Shown piece by piece: positions 33,101 through 46,951 of a stretch of 64,000 nt of DNA. Within the stretch, counting starts at the first letter, position 1; each line of letters starts with the position of its first letter. This DNA is from Saccostrea cucullata (taxonomy: Eukaryota). The notes beneath the pieces are model-generated. The model did not search any database. It worked only from the letters and a program-made list of their open reading frames with translations, and was not told the origin of the DNA. The translations under genes and the position numbers were made by a program. Location of the stretch: positions 372,001-436,000 of the forward strand of contig NW_026939309.1 of assembly GCF_032062105.1 (NCBI RefSeq). The letters are read 5' to 3'.

Positions 33101-36100
33101 AAACAAAAACTCTGGGACAACTGCTACTTCAGACTGCTGTAAGCCTAAAAGTGCATCTTACAGAGACTCTTACTAGAACATTTTACAGGATCCTAGACCA
33201 GGAGCAATGGGAGGAGGCCGTTGAAGAAGTGGATAAACATGGAAGATCTATCTTTCACTTTGTTGCTATATTTGGCTGGGAAACAATTGCCCGAATACTT
33301 TCTGAGGTTGTTCACAGGGAGAATCTGCCTGGATTTCCACTGAACAAAGCAGATTATGCTGGCGCATCTCCTCTGTGGTATGCTTTAGCGCACAAGCACT
33401 GGAAAATTGCAAGACTTTTCCTTCTTAATGGCGCTAATCCTATTTTGCAGCGCGCGGTACCAGGGTGTTTCATAAAGAGGCCCAAACCTGCTGAAATCAA
33501 TGATGTATGTTTCCATGAATGTGAAGATTCGCATTCTTTAATCTCAAAACATGGCATTAAAATGAGTGCACGAAGGAAGGTCAAATTGACCGATAATAAA
33601 GATAGCAGTGTCGGAGTTCTCCTAAATGGAATGAAAAGCTCAATTTTAGAATCTAAAAATGATCAACAACAGATAGAGAAGTCAGGCACTAAAAAAGCAG
33701 TTTGTCAACCAAATTATCGAGCCATACTAATAAACAAAGAACAAAAGATGACTGAATATCTCTTCAAAAAAGCACATTTATCCAGGACCTCAGGGTTTTC
33801 TTTGATTCACTTTGCTTCAGGCGTTGGAGATTTAAAGCTTTTTGAGGAAATTCTTAGCATATCAGAGAACAAATTAAAAGTCAATGATGATTACATGAAT
33901 ATGGGCTACAGATGCGCAATTTTGGGAAACCAAAGGTCTATTTGTGATATCTACCATAAAAATAGCATCCATCTCAGTGATAACCAAACATTTCATTCCA
34001 TTGTTTGGCAGGCCCTCAGAACTGAAACCGTTCAAAGAAATGTATTTCACTTTCTTTTCAGTCTACTTGGTTTTGTGTATGACAATACATTAACATCTGG
34101 CAAAACACCACTCTTGCGATACCAAACAGTACCGAAATACCATGGATTCAGTTACAAACACGAAGGCTTTAAATTTGCTGACTTTTTAACAAAACTTTGT
34201 GAAAATCTATCAGAACAGGGAGTAGAAAAAAACCTAATTGATCAATTGAAAACAAAAGTTCAGTACATATACGGCAAGATACAAAATTATTTGAAAGAAA
34301 AACTTCATTTCATAGCCCAGCAAACTTCAGAGAAAAATCCACAACTTGAGATAATTCTTACGAACTTTCTTAAAACAGTGGATGCAAATACTAGAATAGA
34401 TGAAAATGACATTCTATTGTTGTTATCTACTACTCAACCTTGGGTGATTTCCTCGCTGATTGCTGCAAGTAAAACTAACAAGTATTTGTCCAAGCTACTG
34501 AGAAAACAACTTCTTTGGAACTTAAACATCCTGGATTGCATTGTCATTTCTCTACCTAAAGACTATGGTAGATCAGATGCAGTTTTTCTTCATCAGCAAG
34601 ACATAAGTGATGAAGTTTCTGCTCTTGCTGATCAGTTTGGATTGATTTTACAAGAGACAACAATTCATTTTGCCTGCAATAAAAGTCTTTGGACTTTTCT
34701 AAGGATTGTAGCTTCCAAAGTGATTCCAAGAGAAAAAGAGCTAAAGGTGTGTTGGCAGCTTTCTTTAGCGCAAGCTGTTAGAGAAGGACAATTGGACTTT
34801 TTGAAGTCTATCCTCGATAACATTTCAATATCAAAACTTCCCGAAACAGTTCAGGCCAGCTTTGCAGCACTTTTATGCAAGGCTGCATTCTATGGTCAAA
34901 CAGACATTGTTAAATATCTTTTCAGGAAAAGTGTACCAATCAGGTTCGATACTGAAAACCCAATGTTTGTGGATCTTCTCGATAAGATTTACGTGAAGAA
35001 TTTCGATGTTATTGAATATGCCATCCGAAGCAAGCGACCCGAAACTGTGGACACCGTGATCAAGTTTTGCAAATACGATCGTGAATTTATGAAGGCTGCC
35101 AAACCTGAATCCTATTTTGAGCTAGCTGCCTCTACTGGAGATTGGCCAATTATGAAGTATTTTACTGAAATTTTTTCAAAACATGGACGGCCCACAAAGC
35201 AGACTTGGGAGAGATTTTTCATAGGGGCAGCTTCAAAAGGGCAAGAGGATTTCTGTGCACAAATTCTGACAAACTTCAAAGATGTGGACGTTTTGTGTGT
35301 AGACAAAAGAAATAAACATGCTTTACATTATTGCGGAATTTACAACATGAAACGTGTTGCTCAGTTTGTTCTGGATAAGACAACTAGGGGCTTTGATGTC
35401 AGCGATTCGGATGGTATGAGACCAATAGACTACGCTGTGCTGCTTGGAAATATCGAAGTCGTTCAATTGTTCAATGAAACGAAATTTATGCATTCAAAAG
35501 AAAATATCGACAGGGTGGAAACGTATGGCTGGTTTCATTTTTTCATGAGCAAGGTAAACTCAAGCAGTACAATTATGTCAGATGTTGACATTAGACCTTA
35601 TCTTCCCAAATCGAGGCAACTAGATCTAACCAGTCTTTATAAGAAGGGGGATGATAATGCAGCGGCTGCTGTTGTGTCGTGTTCCAAACATATCCCAAAA
35701 CTGATCTTAGAAAATCCTACAACATATGGATTTCTTCTACACGATTCAATAAAATATGGATGCAAGAAGGCTTTTCATGCATTAATGGCCTATTTTGTTG
35801 AGGAAGCTGAAAATCGTCGCCAAGTCCTTAAACTTAAGGTTGGTGATATGTGTCCTTTAGCTGTTGCTGTGTCTAATGCTCAGTTAGAAATTGCAGAATA
35901 CATCTTTCAGTATGATGACGGATTGAGCTGGAAATCAACAAAATCAGCAGAAAATATTCTCCATCTTGCCATTCACACAGAAGATCCAGAAATGATTGAA
36001 CTAGTTAGTTCAAAGACAGTTGGAAGGCTTTGCGAGGGAAAGGACATTTACGGATTTACTCCAGTGATGTATATGAGTGCTCTTGGTCTTCAAGATTACT

Positions 36101-39100
36101 ATTCCCTACTTAAATCAGATGCCTTGCTCAACCCCTGGGGTGACTCTCACGCTGGTCACACGGACGATGATCCTGATATGACGTGCCACAATTGTTTGTT
36201 AAATAAATGTATTGGTTGGTCAAAAATATACAACAGAAGTCCACTTGATAAGGACATACAATCAATGAGGTCAGAAAACAATGCTCTTCCTCCTCCATTA
36301 CTAACGGAATACTTCTGGAAATTAGGAAAGTACAGGTCGGATAATCCAATAATTTCTGCTATTATGGTATCAAGTGGGTATAATGCAACAATGACCTCTT
36401 TAATTAGACTGGTGACCAGGAAGGAAGGAATTGAAAAAATGATATCCATGGAGGGAATAGAAAAAACCCTGGAGGACTTCCAAAACAGTAACACTATTCT
36501 TGAAAATATACTAGCTATGTCAATTACTGCTAATAATGAAAAGGTATTTGTGGCATTGCTTGATCTTGCCAGTGGTTTAAACAATACAATGAAGAAAAAT
36601 TATGGCACATCTATTTTTGAGGCTGTTATTGGTCTCTCCAGATTAGACCTTCTTGTGCATCTCAAGAAAGCACTGAACTGTCAAGAGGACGACTTTTCGA
36701 CTTTTAAAGAAATCCAGTCCACTTTACCCCAAAAACAACTTTGGTTATCAGAATTGGACAACCTTGGAGGTAAACAATGGCCAAGGTTTGAACTGTCACC
36801 AGAGAGACATGATCCCAGGATACTTAAATCTGATTTATGGCTGGTACAATCAGTAAAATTTCCAGAATCGATCAGAAAGGAATTAGAGACCAAGTGTACC
36901 AAAGAAAACATCATTGCTACAGAGTTTTCCAACCTAAAATACACTGTAGACTTTGACAGCTTTCGCAAAATTGCAGATTTTGGAAATTTATCTGACGTTT
37001 GGATTCAGTGTTTCCTAACATCCAGTATCGTTCTCGATCATATTGAGGAAATAAAAATAAATGAAGCTACGAAATCTACCCCTGTGAAGTCAGTTAAAGT
37101 AGTATGCCTCACAAGTGGAACAACAGACCATCCAAAAGTCACTATGGATAACACGGGAGCCGTTTTGAACCAGATTCGTGTATCCATGGACAAAGGATCC
37201 CTCTTTGTCAGATTAGACAAAAGCTGCTGTCAACGACAGGAGGAAATTCACCTTAAAGAAGATGTACAGGAGAATGTTATTCCATACTTTGAAGAGTTTG
37301 TAAGTATATATAGATGTACTTTCTTTGTATATTTATACTGTAAAGTATGTACTTTGGCAATATTAGTACTTATTTTTAAAAAGGAAGTTTTCATGGTGTT
37401 TTCATTTTATCAGATGCAGAAAGAATTCAGACTTAAGATAAAAGTAAAGGTGGACTGGAATTCCATCGAGCTTAGAAGAAGGACTTACAATACAGAAGTT
37501 GTCATGAAATCCTTAAACGGCGATATTTACGGCAATAGGTTAGGAGGGTTAGAGGATACATTGAATGAGTGTAGGGATATGAAAAACGATATCGAATCCA
37601 TGTTTGATAAGGAGACGGCAGAAAACGTCCTTCGCGATTTTTCGAACATTACAGAAATCATAGTCTCACTTGAGGATAAGATGACTTCGGAGCAAACTGG
37701 ATTCATGAGTGGACAAAACCATGTCAATAGTAAGGTGAACTGGAAATTCACGATAACAAGATCTCGCCTTTACTATGACAGATCGCAATTTCCGTTGTGG
37801 CAAAATCTTACGATGTATCGCTCCGTCTGTGGATCGCTATGTCATTCAGTCTACTGTATCTCCAAGATCAATGGCACAGAAGACAATGAGAATGCAAATA
37901 GCACAAAGCGCTGCATAGAACCTGTCACATTCGAAGTAGACTTACAATCCTTTGGAATAAATGACTTGTCAATTTTGAGAACGCTTATGTGTCGTGACGT
38001 CGGCAGGGAACTTATAGCCATCGCTTATGATTGCAAATCAATGCTAAGGTTAAAATACACTTCGAAAAGATTGCTCCTGAAGAACACCATATCCCTGCAA
38101 CACACGGGGGTCTCTATCCAAGAGGACACAGCGACTGTTTTTGTCTGTTGCAATGAGACAGACAATAAAGAATGGATTGTAGAAAGAAGCAACTCGTTCT
38201 CTAGATTATCAGACGCCGAGGACAAACAGCTATTGGTGGGATGGCCTGCGGAGAGCAGTGATAAACTCAATCAAATCATTATCAACGTTCAAGATGAAGT
38301 CAAAAAGAAAGTTGGAATAGCCATTACTTTTCAGGCAGATGAAAAGCGATTAATACCAGCATGTCTTTTGAAGTTTAGACGCGAATTGAGTCACCCACAT
38401 GATTTGCTTAGACGCTCTTTGGAAGCTTCCTATACAGAATATAAAAATGTATATATTCGAATCTTACATGACCTTCTTTTGTCCCAGAAGTATCCAGTCA
38501 TAAAACAGAATCCAGTAGAGCAGGGTTTATCCGGAGTTTGGGTGAAAATTAAGCAAAATAAAGGGAAGTCAGGACAACTTGTATTAACAAAGAAGCTTGC
38601 AGAGAAAGAGTTGCTGTCAGCTCTTGAAAGGCCAAAGTACGTGAAACTGCCTTTTCTTGAAAAGGAATGTTTTGAAATGATAACTGAATCGACAAAGGTC
38701 ATAGAACACCCTGAAGTATGGAAGCATGAAATCATAACAGAGAAAAATCAAGCTGATTTTAAACATTTTGTCGTTTTACATCAAGGAAATATTTATACAT
38801 TTTCCGATTCTGACTTTTACAAGAAATGCATTCAGGAATTGCCTTTGCGCGTTGTGATATCACAAGATACTGCACATGCTTTAGAGACTGGATATTTGGA
38901 TTTTCTCTATGATAAACTGATGGATAATATAACAGAAGTTGATTTACCCTCGATTGAAACATTTCAGTTACATGTGCGAGTGAAGCAAGAAATCAAAAAA
39001 ATGATAAACATTGAAAACATAGATATACAATGGAGGAGCTTTGTTTTCAAGAAAGACCCTGGTTGCCACCAATTATTTGCGGATTGTATAAATGCTGTAG

Positions 39101-40512
39101 TGGACTCGTTCCAGGAAATTTTCGCAGCGATACCAGAATGCATTGTTTCTCAGAGAATTTTGTTGGAAATGCACTCCATGTTCACTGGTGTGTCAGGTCT
39201 TCGAATTGCAATGAGAGAAAATATTAATACAAAGGATGATGAAGATGTAGAAAGAACAATACTGGACGAGAAGAAACCTGGTGTAATGATTCGGATTCTC
39301 AGTGGCAATATTCTTGAAATCATTTTCAGGCAAAAAGTGAAAATAACCAAATTCTCAGAACTTTTGTATTCTGCAAGTGCTCAGCTTGCTGAAATAAAAA
39401 TAAAATCACTTTTGGGGTGCAAAAGGTCGAAACAAAAACCTTCAGTTGAAGTTGAGGAACAGAAGGAAAGGCCAAAGCCTATTATTCGTCCATCCTATGA
39501 TAAAGTTATGCTTCATCTCGGAGATATGATATTCGCTGTTTCTTCAATTTGTTCCAGCATCAAAAGCTTTATGACAGTTGTTCCTGAGGAGGTGGATGAC
39601 TTCTACTTCGTTACTTCTACACGAAAAACGGGCTTCACACTGAAGAATAAAACACTGATGTACAATATCTCCAAGGAAAATGTGAACCCTGGACAGCTAG
39701 CTGAACAGCTTCTAGAGGAGTTTGAATTTCAAGGATTAAAGAAGTCACTGGTCATCCTGGACTTGAATGTAACAGCACCATCTGTTCATGACAAAAACAA
39801 AAATATATTAATGGTTACCTTGGCAATCAATAATTACAACAAAGATGTGGATACCCCCAATAGTTATAAATTAAGAAATGCAAATGACTACAACGTCATA
39901 TTACAAGGACACTCGGAGAACCTGAAGGTTTCTAGAGTAGAACAGAAAGAGGAACATTTGGTTTTAACAATCCCATTGCCTGACAAAGTAAAAATATACA
40001 CCAAACAAGGTGTGATAGTTCAGCACAATTACATTAGGCAAGAAAACTGCAAAAGTCTTATTTTTGACTCAAACAAATTTTTGAAGCACGAATATCCAAA
40101 AGAAATGAATGAAAAGATCACTGTAAAGAAAAACGCATCTCTTAAATTTCTTCTCGAGCATAATACAGTGCTAAAAGAAAATGGACATAAGCCTGAAAGG
40201 CATACAAACGAGGGAAAGCATGAGGTAGTCCTTCATTCCCCAGAAGTCAAGTTTACCTTTTACTTTCAAAAGAAACACTTCCCAAGTTCAACATCAACAA
40301 TGCCATTCACGCTGGGGACATGGGCTTGGTCATCAGCTTTGTTATGGAAAGTACCAAGGAATGGTCCTTACTCGCTGCTGGTAAACGATTCTCAACGCGG
40401 CTTTAGGGTCAGAGCTCAATGCCTGCGCTGCAAACAATTTTTGAACATTATAACTCATCTCGGGAAAACTGATGCTGGCGTTGACCTTGAAGTGAATTAC
40501 AAAGAATCGTGA
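27183..40512 (+). CDS. Giant ankyrin-repeat protein (~3,950 aa if a 1-bp insertion near 31327 is removed), uncharacterised
   Basis: Exons: 27183-27187, 27597-27996, 28115-28298, 28395-31886 (frameshift within 31327-31372), 31980-32242, 32330-32470, 33015-37299, 37414-40512. All junctions are GT-AG and phase-consistent. Many ankyrin motifs (NATPLHYAA, RTPLHEAC, GATPLHYAC, GKTPLMTA, GASPLWYA, GMRPIDYA). The first exon is the least certain. Confidence 0.82.
27962..28056 (+). repeat. 44-bp tandem duplication spanning the exon 2 donor
   Basis: AAAAATTTAGATACC(C/T)GGATG(T/C)AGAGTACAAAAGG|GTATGACAT starts at 27962 and again at 28006. Confidence 0.85.
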
Positions 40513-41355
40513 CATCAATATTTTTGACCCAGGCCTTAATGAAATTCAGTATTTCGTGTGATTTTTTATTTCCTTTTTATTTCATAAAGTATTGAATGAA
40601 GTTTTCCTCCCCCCCCCCCCCCCCGTTTTTTGGTTAGTCAGGTTTTTTCAGATATATGGTAAGCTGACCACCCCCACCCACCCCCTTTTCTCAAAAAGGA
40701 TGCTACGTCACTGAAACAGAAAGTAATTTTTTTTTGCATTGTTCATACTTATAAGCATATCAGTTTCATTATAATTGTACATCTGTTGTTCTTATATGCA
40801 ATGGGAGAAATATTTATCATTTTTAAAAAGAGCAAAATTACAGTATTGTCATTTTCTACAATTTGAATTCTTATATAATACTATATACCAGTTACTAGTA
40901 TTTGATTATACAGAGGCCTTTCTTCTAAAACAATTCAATACCTTTTTAGCATAAATGAATTTAAAGATTTTTAATTTAATACGAATTATTAATCAGAAAC
41001 AACACATTTTAAATACAAAATAATTCTCAAAAGTGCAGCTCAATTTCCTGAAGTTGAAAGGCAGTTTAAGAAGTGTGCTGAAATTGTGTGTTTTCACTTA
41101 AAATAGCAATTTTTTTTGAAAACCTTCATTGTCTGTTAAAGCATTTTATTTTAATAAGAATGAATAGTGGGGTGATGACCCTTAAACCCTTGATGTTAAG
41201 TGTGAGATTGGTGATGTATACATGTATGGAGATGAACCTATTTGATACTGTTTTCTAGGCACTCTATATAGCATGATACAAGAATTTTATAGTTTGATGA
41301 ATGAAGTGCATGCACTTAATATTTGCTTGTGATTTTCAACATACTAGTATGATCG

Positions 41356-41375
41356 TTTTTAGCTCACCTGAGCCA

Positions 41376-41417
<42 letters not shown>

Positions 41418-41457
41418 TGTCGTCGTCGTCGTTGTTGTCGTTGTCGTCCTCGTTGTT

Positions 41458-41489
<32 letters not shown>

Positions 41490-41491
41490 CA

Positions 41492-41522
<31 letters not shown>

Positions 41523-41531
41523 CCACAAAGT

Positions 41532-41575
<44 letters not shown>

Positions 41576-42124
41576 AGCCCTTTTCCAAGGGGAGATAATT
41601 ATGAATTAGAGAAAAATTAATGGCATTGTTAAAAAATCTTCTTCTCAAGAACCACAGGACCTGGAAAGATGAAACTCATGTGGAATCATCCTCAGGTAGT
41701 GTAGGTGCAAGTTTGTTCAAATCATGACCCCCGGGGCTAGGATGGGGCCAATATGGCCGACCAAAGTTTTACATAGGAATATATAGGAAAAATCTTTAAA
41801 AATCTTCTTCTCAAGAACCACTGGGCCAGGAAAGATGAAACTCGTGGAATCATCCTCAGGTAGTGTAGATTCAAGTTTGTTCAAATCATGACCCCCGGGG
41901 CTAGGATGGGGCCAAAATGGCCGACCAAAGTTTTACATAGGAATATATAGGAAAACTCTTTAAAAATCTTCTTCTCAAGAACCACTGGGCCAGGAAAGAT
42001 GAAACTCGTGTGGAATCATCCTCAGGTAGTGGAGATTCAAGTTTGTTCAAATCATGACCCCAGGGGCTAGGGTGGGGCCAAAATGGCCGACCAAAGTTTA
42101 ACATAGGAATATATAGGAAAACTC

Positions 42125-42156
<32 letters not shown>

Positions 42157-42678
42157 TAGGAAAGATGAAACTCATGTGGAATCATCCTCAGGTAGTGTAG
42201 ATTCAAGTTTGTTCAAATCATGACCCCCGGGGCTAGGATGGGGCCAAAATGGCCGACCAAAGTTTAACATAGGAATATAAAGGTAAAATCTTTAAAAATC
42301 TTCTTCTCAAGAACCACTGGGCCAGGAAAGATGAAACTCATGTGTAATCATCCTCAGGTAGTGTAGATGCAAGTTTGTTCAAATCATGACCCCCCAGGGC
42401 TAGGGTGGGGCCAAAATGGCCGACCAAAATTTTACTTAGGGATATATAGGGAAACCTTTTAAAATCTTCTTTTTCAAGTACTTCAAAGCCATGATTAGTG
42501 ATATTTATATGGAATCATCCTCAGGTAGTGTAGATTCTAGTTTGCTCAAATCATGACCCTCTGGGGGGTTATAATTTTAAGCCCCCCCTCCCCCTCAGTA
42601 AACTCAGTTCTGATCTGATTTGTGCTTTTTCCTAGCTGATGTGCTCAGGTGAGTGCTGTGGCCCCTGGGCCTCTTGTT
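41356..42678 (+). mobile_element. Helentron-associated element carrying ~5.5 copies of the 166-bp oyster-type satellite
   Basis: 5' TTTTTAGCTCACCTGAGCCAAAGGCTCAAGTGAGCT palindrome and a (GTC/GTT)n microsatellite. Repeat units start near 41632, 41798, 41962, 42128, 42294 and 42460. 3' end CTCAGGTGAG...GGCCCCTGGGCCTCTTGTT. Confidence 0.85.
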
Positions 42679-42871
42679 ACACTTGTTTTATCATCTTATA
42701 TATTATAGAATGCACAATATTTTATTTTTCAAACATACAGTTAGATACAAACTGATAATGTAATTTGATTTTTATGTTATTTCTTTTTCAAAGTTCAGCA
42801 CATTTTGACTTATCAGCTTGATGAAGCCTTATAGAGCCATGCAGAGAATTACAATTTGATGGTGATAAAGT

Positions 42872-45800
42872 TGTTGCGAACTGTCGCAATTTTAATGTAT
42901 CTTCTAGAATTTTGATGATGTACATTTATAATCTAGAATGTTCTTTATGTTACGAGAATGAATTATCAAGAAGTCTCTAGAATATGTCAGAATGTGATGA
43001 CCTAGAATTTTATAGAAGTTTCTATTTCCTGATGTTTCTTCAATACTATATATATGAGAGTTTTTGTGATCTTAATTATTATTCAGTTGATTGAGTTTAC
43101 ATTGAGTTTTGATAGAGAAAGACTGAGTACATATCAGAATCCATCTCATTATCTTAGCCAATGTGGTATTGTGATTGTTAACCCTTGTGGATTTGTTATT
43201 TGCCTTTAATCGTCATAATAAATTATAAAAGAAGATTTCCGTGTGATTGTGATTTGCCACATTGTTTGGTGCCGGAACCCGGGAATTGGAGCCTGAAATC
43301 AAGAAGTTATCACGGAAAAGAAGAAGATGTCAACCTCATACTTGAAAGGACTTTGTACAAGGTACAAGAATCTACTGCTGAAGGAAATGGTTAAAAGTAA
43401 GAAATTTCTTTCTTCAGAAGCCGAAGAAGAGGATTTGACAACCAAGTTAAGGCAGATTCAATCTTCCTTGAGACGATTAAAGAACTTTGGTGCTAAATTA
43501 GAAGAATCGATGAAAGAACTTTCCATTGCCTTGGAAGCAAAACAAGACAATGAATCTGAAATTGATAAATTTACAGAAGATAGTGAGACGTTGTTTGAAT
43601 TGCTCACAGATGTTACAGAGCACTCAGAAGATCTTCTACTACTGGAAAAAAGATTGGAACAAGCAGACATTCCATATATGAAGACTGAAGCACCAAATGA
43701 CCCAAGAATAGACCACATGATAAATCTGCAGACAAAAATGCAGGAACAACTGATGCATTTCCAAGAACTCCAAATTCAGGAACTGCACAGAAAAGAGAAG
43801 ATATGCAAAGAGAAAGAAACTCCAGTAGTTAAACTACCAAAGTTTGAGCTACCTTCATTCAACGGAGACAAGTTAAAGTGGAAAGAGTTTTGGGACTCCT
43901 TTGAAGCTTCAGTACACAAAAACACAAGGCTTTCCAATGTTGAGAAGTTCAACTACTTAAAATGGAAGGAAAGGCACAATCTGCTATTTCCGGCCTTATG
44001 CTCTCCCATGAAAATTATGATGTAGCTCTCTCCATATTGAAGGAAAGATTCGGAGATGTGCAGTCTGTGATTAACATACATTACATGGACCTTATAAACA
44101 TTAAACCTGCACTCAACAATACTTCCAGTCTCCGTGAACTATTTGATGATTTAGAAAAGCATATGCGCAGCCTAGAAGCATTGGAACAAGATGTAAACCA
44201 GGATGTCTTTGTTTCCATGATCATAACAAAATTACCAAAAGAAGCCAGATTACAGTTAGAATTACAGAAAGGAAAGAAAGAAAAATGGACTGTGCAAAAG
44301 CTAAGAATATTTCTTGATAACTACATAACAGCCAGAGAGTCTACAGATATGGAAAACCTAACCGGTCATGAAGAACAATCTGCTAGAAAATCTTCATCAC
44401 CTGAATTTTCATACATAAATGAAAGGCCATATACAACTGCAGAAGCCCTAACAACACTATTTCAAGGATCACAGAGAAGAAACAAATATGGAATAAAACA
44501 TCCTGTTTGTATTTTCTGTGAACGAAATCATTGGAGTGATGAATGCACAGAATTCAGGACAATCGAAGAGAGAAAACGAAAGATCAGAGGAAGATGTTAC
44601 ATTTGTCTTAAGTCAGGCCATCTGAGCAAAGACTGCAAAGTAGACAAACCATGTGTTCACTGCCATCAGACAAAGAAACATCATCGAAGTCTCTGCAATA
44701 AGAAGATCCCGCTTTCGAGAGAATCCTCACATTTTCCTGAAACATCAGAAATATACAGAAACAGTTAACAATGTTCCAGAAAACAGTCTACTCTCCTCAA
44801 GTAACATGGTGCTAATGCAGACTGCAAGAACTGATGCATATGATTTGAAAGGTAGGAGAGATGAATCTGTTAGAATTCTGATGGACTCTGGGTCTCAGAG
44901 GACATATGTTACCGAAGAATTGGTTTCGAGATTAAATTTGCATAGGAAACAAACAGAAGAAATATCACTTAACACATTTGGAGTAAAGAAGCCCAAAACA
45001 ATGAAAACAACGAAAGTCTCTTTAAGAATTAAACTAAAGGATGGACACTTCATGAGAATTGACGCGAATGCTGTGCCTAAAATAACTGGGTCCATACAAA
45101 GAAGACCGTTACCACCTATCATCTCTGAAAAAGTACACCACCAATATAAACATTTTCAATTTGCTGATACCCTACCAAAAACTCCAGAAAATTCACCTGT
45201 AGACATCCTTATTGGAAATGACTATTACCTCGATTGGATGTTATCAGAAAAAATTGAAGTTGACCAAGGACTGTACTTACTTTCATCAAAGGTAGGATGG
45301 ATTCTTACTGGAAGAATACAAGAAAATTCTGAGGCATCCAGAGGTAATTTACATGAGTTACTGATAGCAAACAGAAACAACTTTAGTAAGGAACATTGTC
45401 TTCATTCGTCAATTGATAAATGTCTGCCCCTGAAATTTTCGTCAAAGGATCTGATAATTAGAACTGAAGACCATTCTCAATTGACGGATGATGAAAAGGC
45501 CTTGAAAAACTTTCAAATTACAGAAAATAGCAGATATCGAGTTACTTGGCCATGGAGAGAAAAACATTCTATAAATTTGAAGGGAAACAATTTCAAGACA
45601 CTAGATGTTGTTCTCAAAGAAGATATCCTAGGAAAAATTGGGCGTTCAGAAGAATTTTCGATTTGTAAATGAGTCGAGATGGACAATTCAGATCGGGAAA
45701 AAGTGTGGAAAGATGAATCAGAAGTGACAAAAGTACTAAATTCATGATTGACTTTCCTTGGCCTTGGGAGTGTTGCGAACTGTTGCAATTTTAATGTATC

Positions 45801-46132
45801 TTCTAGAATTTTGATGATGTACATTTATAATCTAATTATCAAGAAGTCTCTAAAATATGTCAGAATGTGATGACCTAGAATTTTATAGAAGTTTCTATTT
45901 CCTGATGTTTCTTCAATACTATATATATGAGAGTTTTTGTGATCTTAATTATTATTCATTTGATTGAGTTTACATTGAGTTTTGATAGAGGAAAGACTGA
46001 GTACATATCAGAAACCATCTCATTATCTTAGCCAATGTGGTATTGTGATTGTTAACCCTTGTGGACTTGTTATTTGCCTTTAATCGTCATAATAAATTAT
46101 AAAAGATTTCTGTGTGATTGTGATTTGCCACA
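42872..46132 (+). mobile_element. BEL/Pao LTR retrotransposon, internally deleted (gag + protease only)
   Basis: TG...CA LTRs at 42872-43261 and 45771-46132. PBS TGGTGCCGGAACCCGGGA (43267-43284) is tRNA-Phe-like. Flanks AAAGT / AAAAT form a 5-bp TSD with one mismatch. Confidence 0.9.
43327..45672 (+). pseudogene. gag: BEL gag-protease reading frame with two frameshifts; RT, RNase H and integrase absent
   Basis: KLPKFELPSFNGDKLKWKEFWDSFEASVH (DUF1759-type gag), CIFCERNHWSDEC / CYICLKSGHLSKDC / CVHCHQTKKHHRSLC knuckles, and protease LMDSGSQRTY...ILIGND. YRVTWPW is then fused to a short C-terminal remnant (DVVLKED). Confidence 0.85.
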
Positions 46133-46951
46133 AAAATGACCAACTACTGAGCTTGCCAAATGTGCCAAATATGAATTAAATTAAATATAATAACAGTATT
46201 TTTGATATACCAGTATCCAATTTTGTCATTTGTGCCATTCCCTCTACTTTTTTTGTCTTCCTGTATACCTATTTAAATATTTTTGTATCATTTGGTTACT
46301 AATTTCTTTTTCGGTTGGCATTCACAACAAAAACAATTTGCATAAAATAATTTTATTGGAATGTTAACAATTTTTTTTATAAAATTGTGAAATATTCAAC
46401 AATAAATAAAAATAAATCATGACTCTAAAATATGTAAATAAACATTTCAATAAATTTGCAATAATCAAAGTGTAAAATACAATATGAACAAAAATTTCCA
46501 AGATTTTCCAAAAAGTATTTGTAGATATACCTGCGTAAAATTACAGAAAAATGTGCTTATAATGAATTGATGCTTATAGCAAAGTAATTTTCATTTCCAT
46601 TAACTTCAAAATACATTGTAACTTTAATTGATATAACAAATTGCACATATTTCAAAGCAGAACTGTCTGTTTTTGGCATTTAGTTATAAGCTTGTTTTCT
46701 TGTATTTTAATGATTGTCAATTTAAACCAAAACTATGCAGCTATTGTTGATATATTGCATACATTATATATGTACATTGTACATATGTATATCAAAATAT
46801 GCAAACAAATTGTTTTCTGCAACAATAAATGCATCATACAATAAACGGAGAGTTGTTTTAATTTTTCAACAACCTAGCAGTGTTTTAAGGCAAGAATTAG
46901 CACCATTGATAAAGTCATGATAACTCAATAAATACAGTAAAATAAGCTGCC

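Noticed and set aside
35112-39350. Multiple antisense ORFs of 60-140 aa
   Set aside because: Shadow frames of the long sense ORF with no independent coding signal. The same holds for antisense ORFs over the GPCR, gag and protease.
33064-40512. Stand-alone intronless 2482-aa gene
   Set aside because: It starts at a GTG just after a splice acceptor (33014), joins upstream exons in phase and contains a 114-nt GT-AG intron. It is the 3' part of the larger gene.
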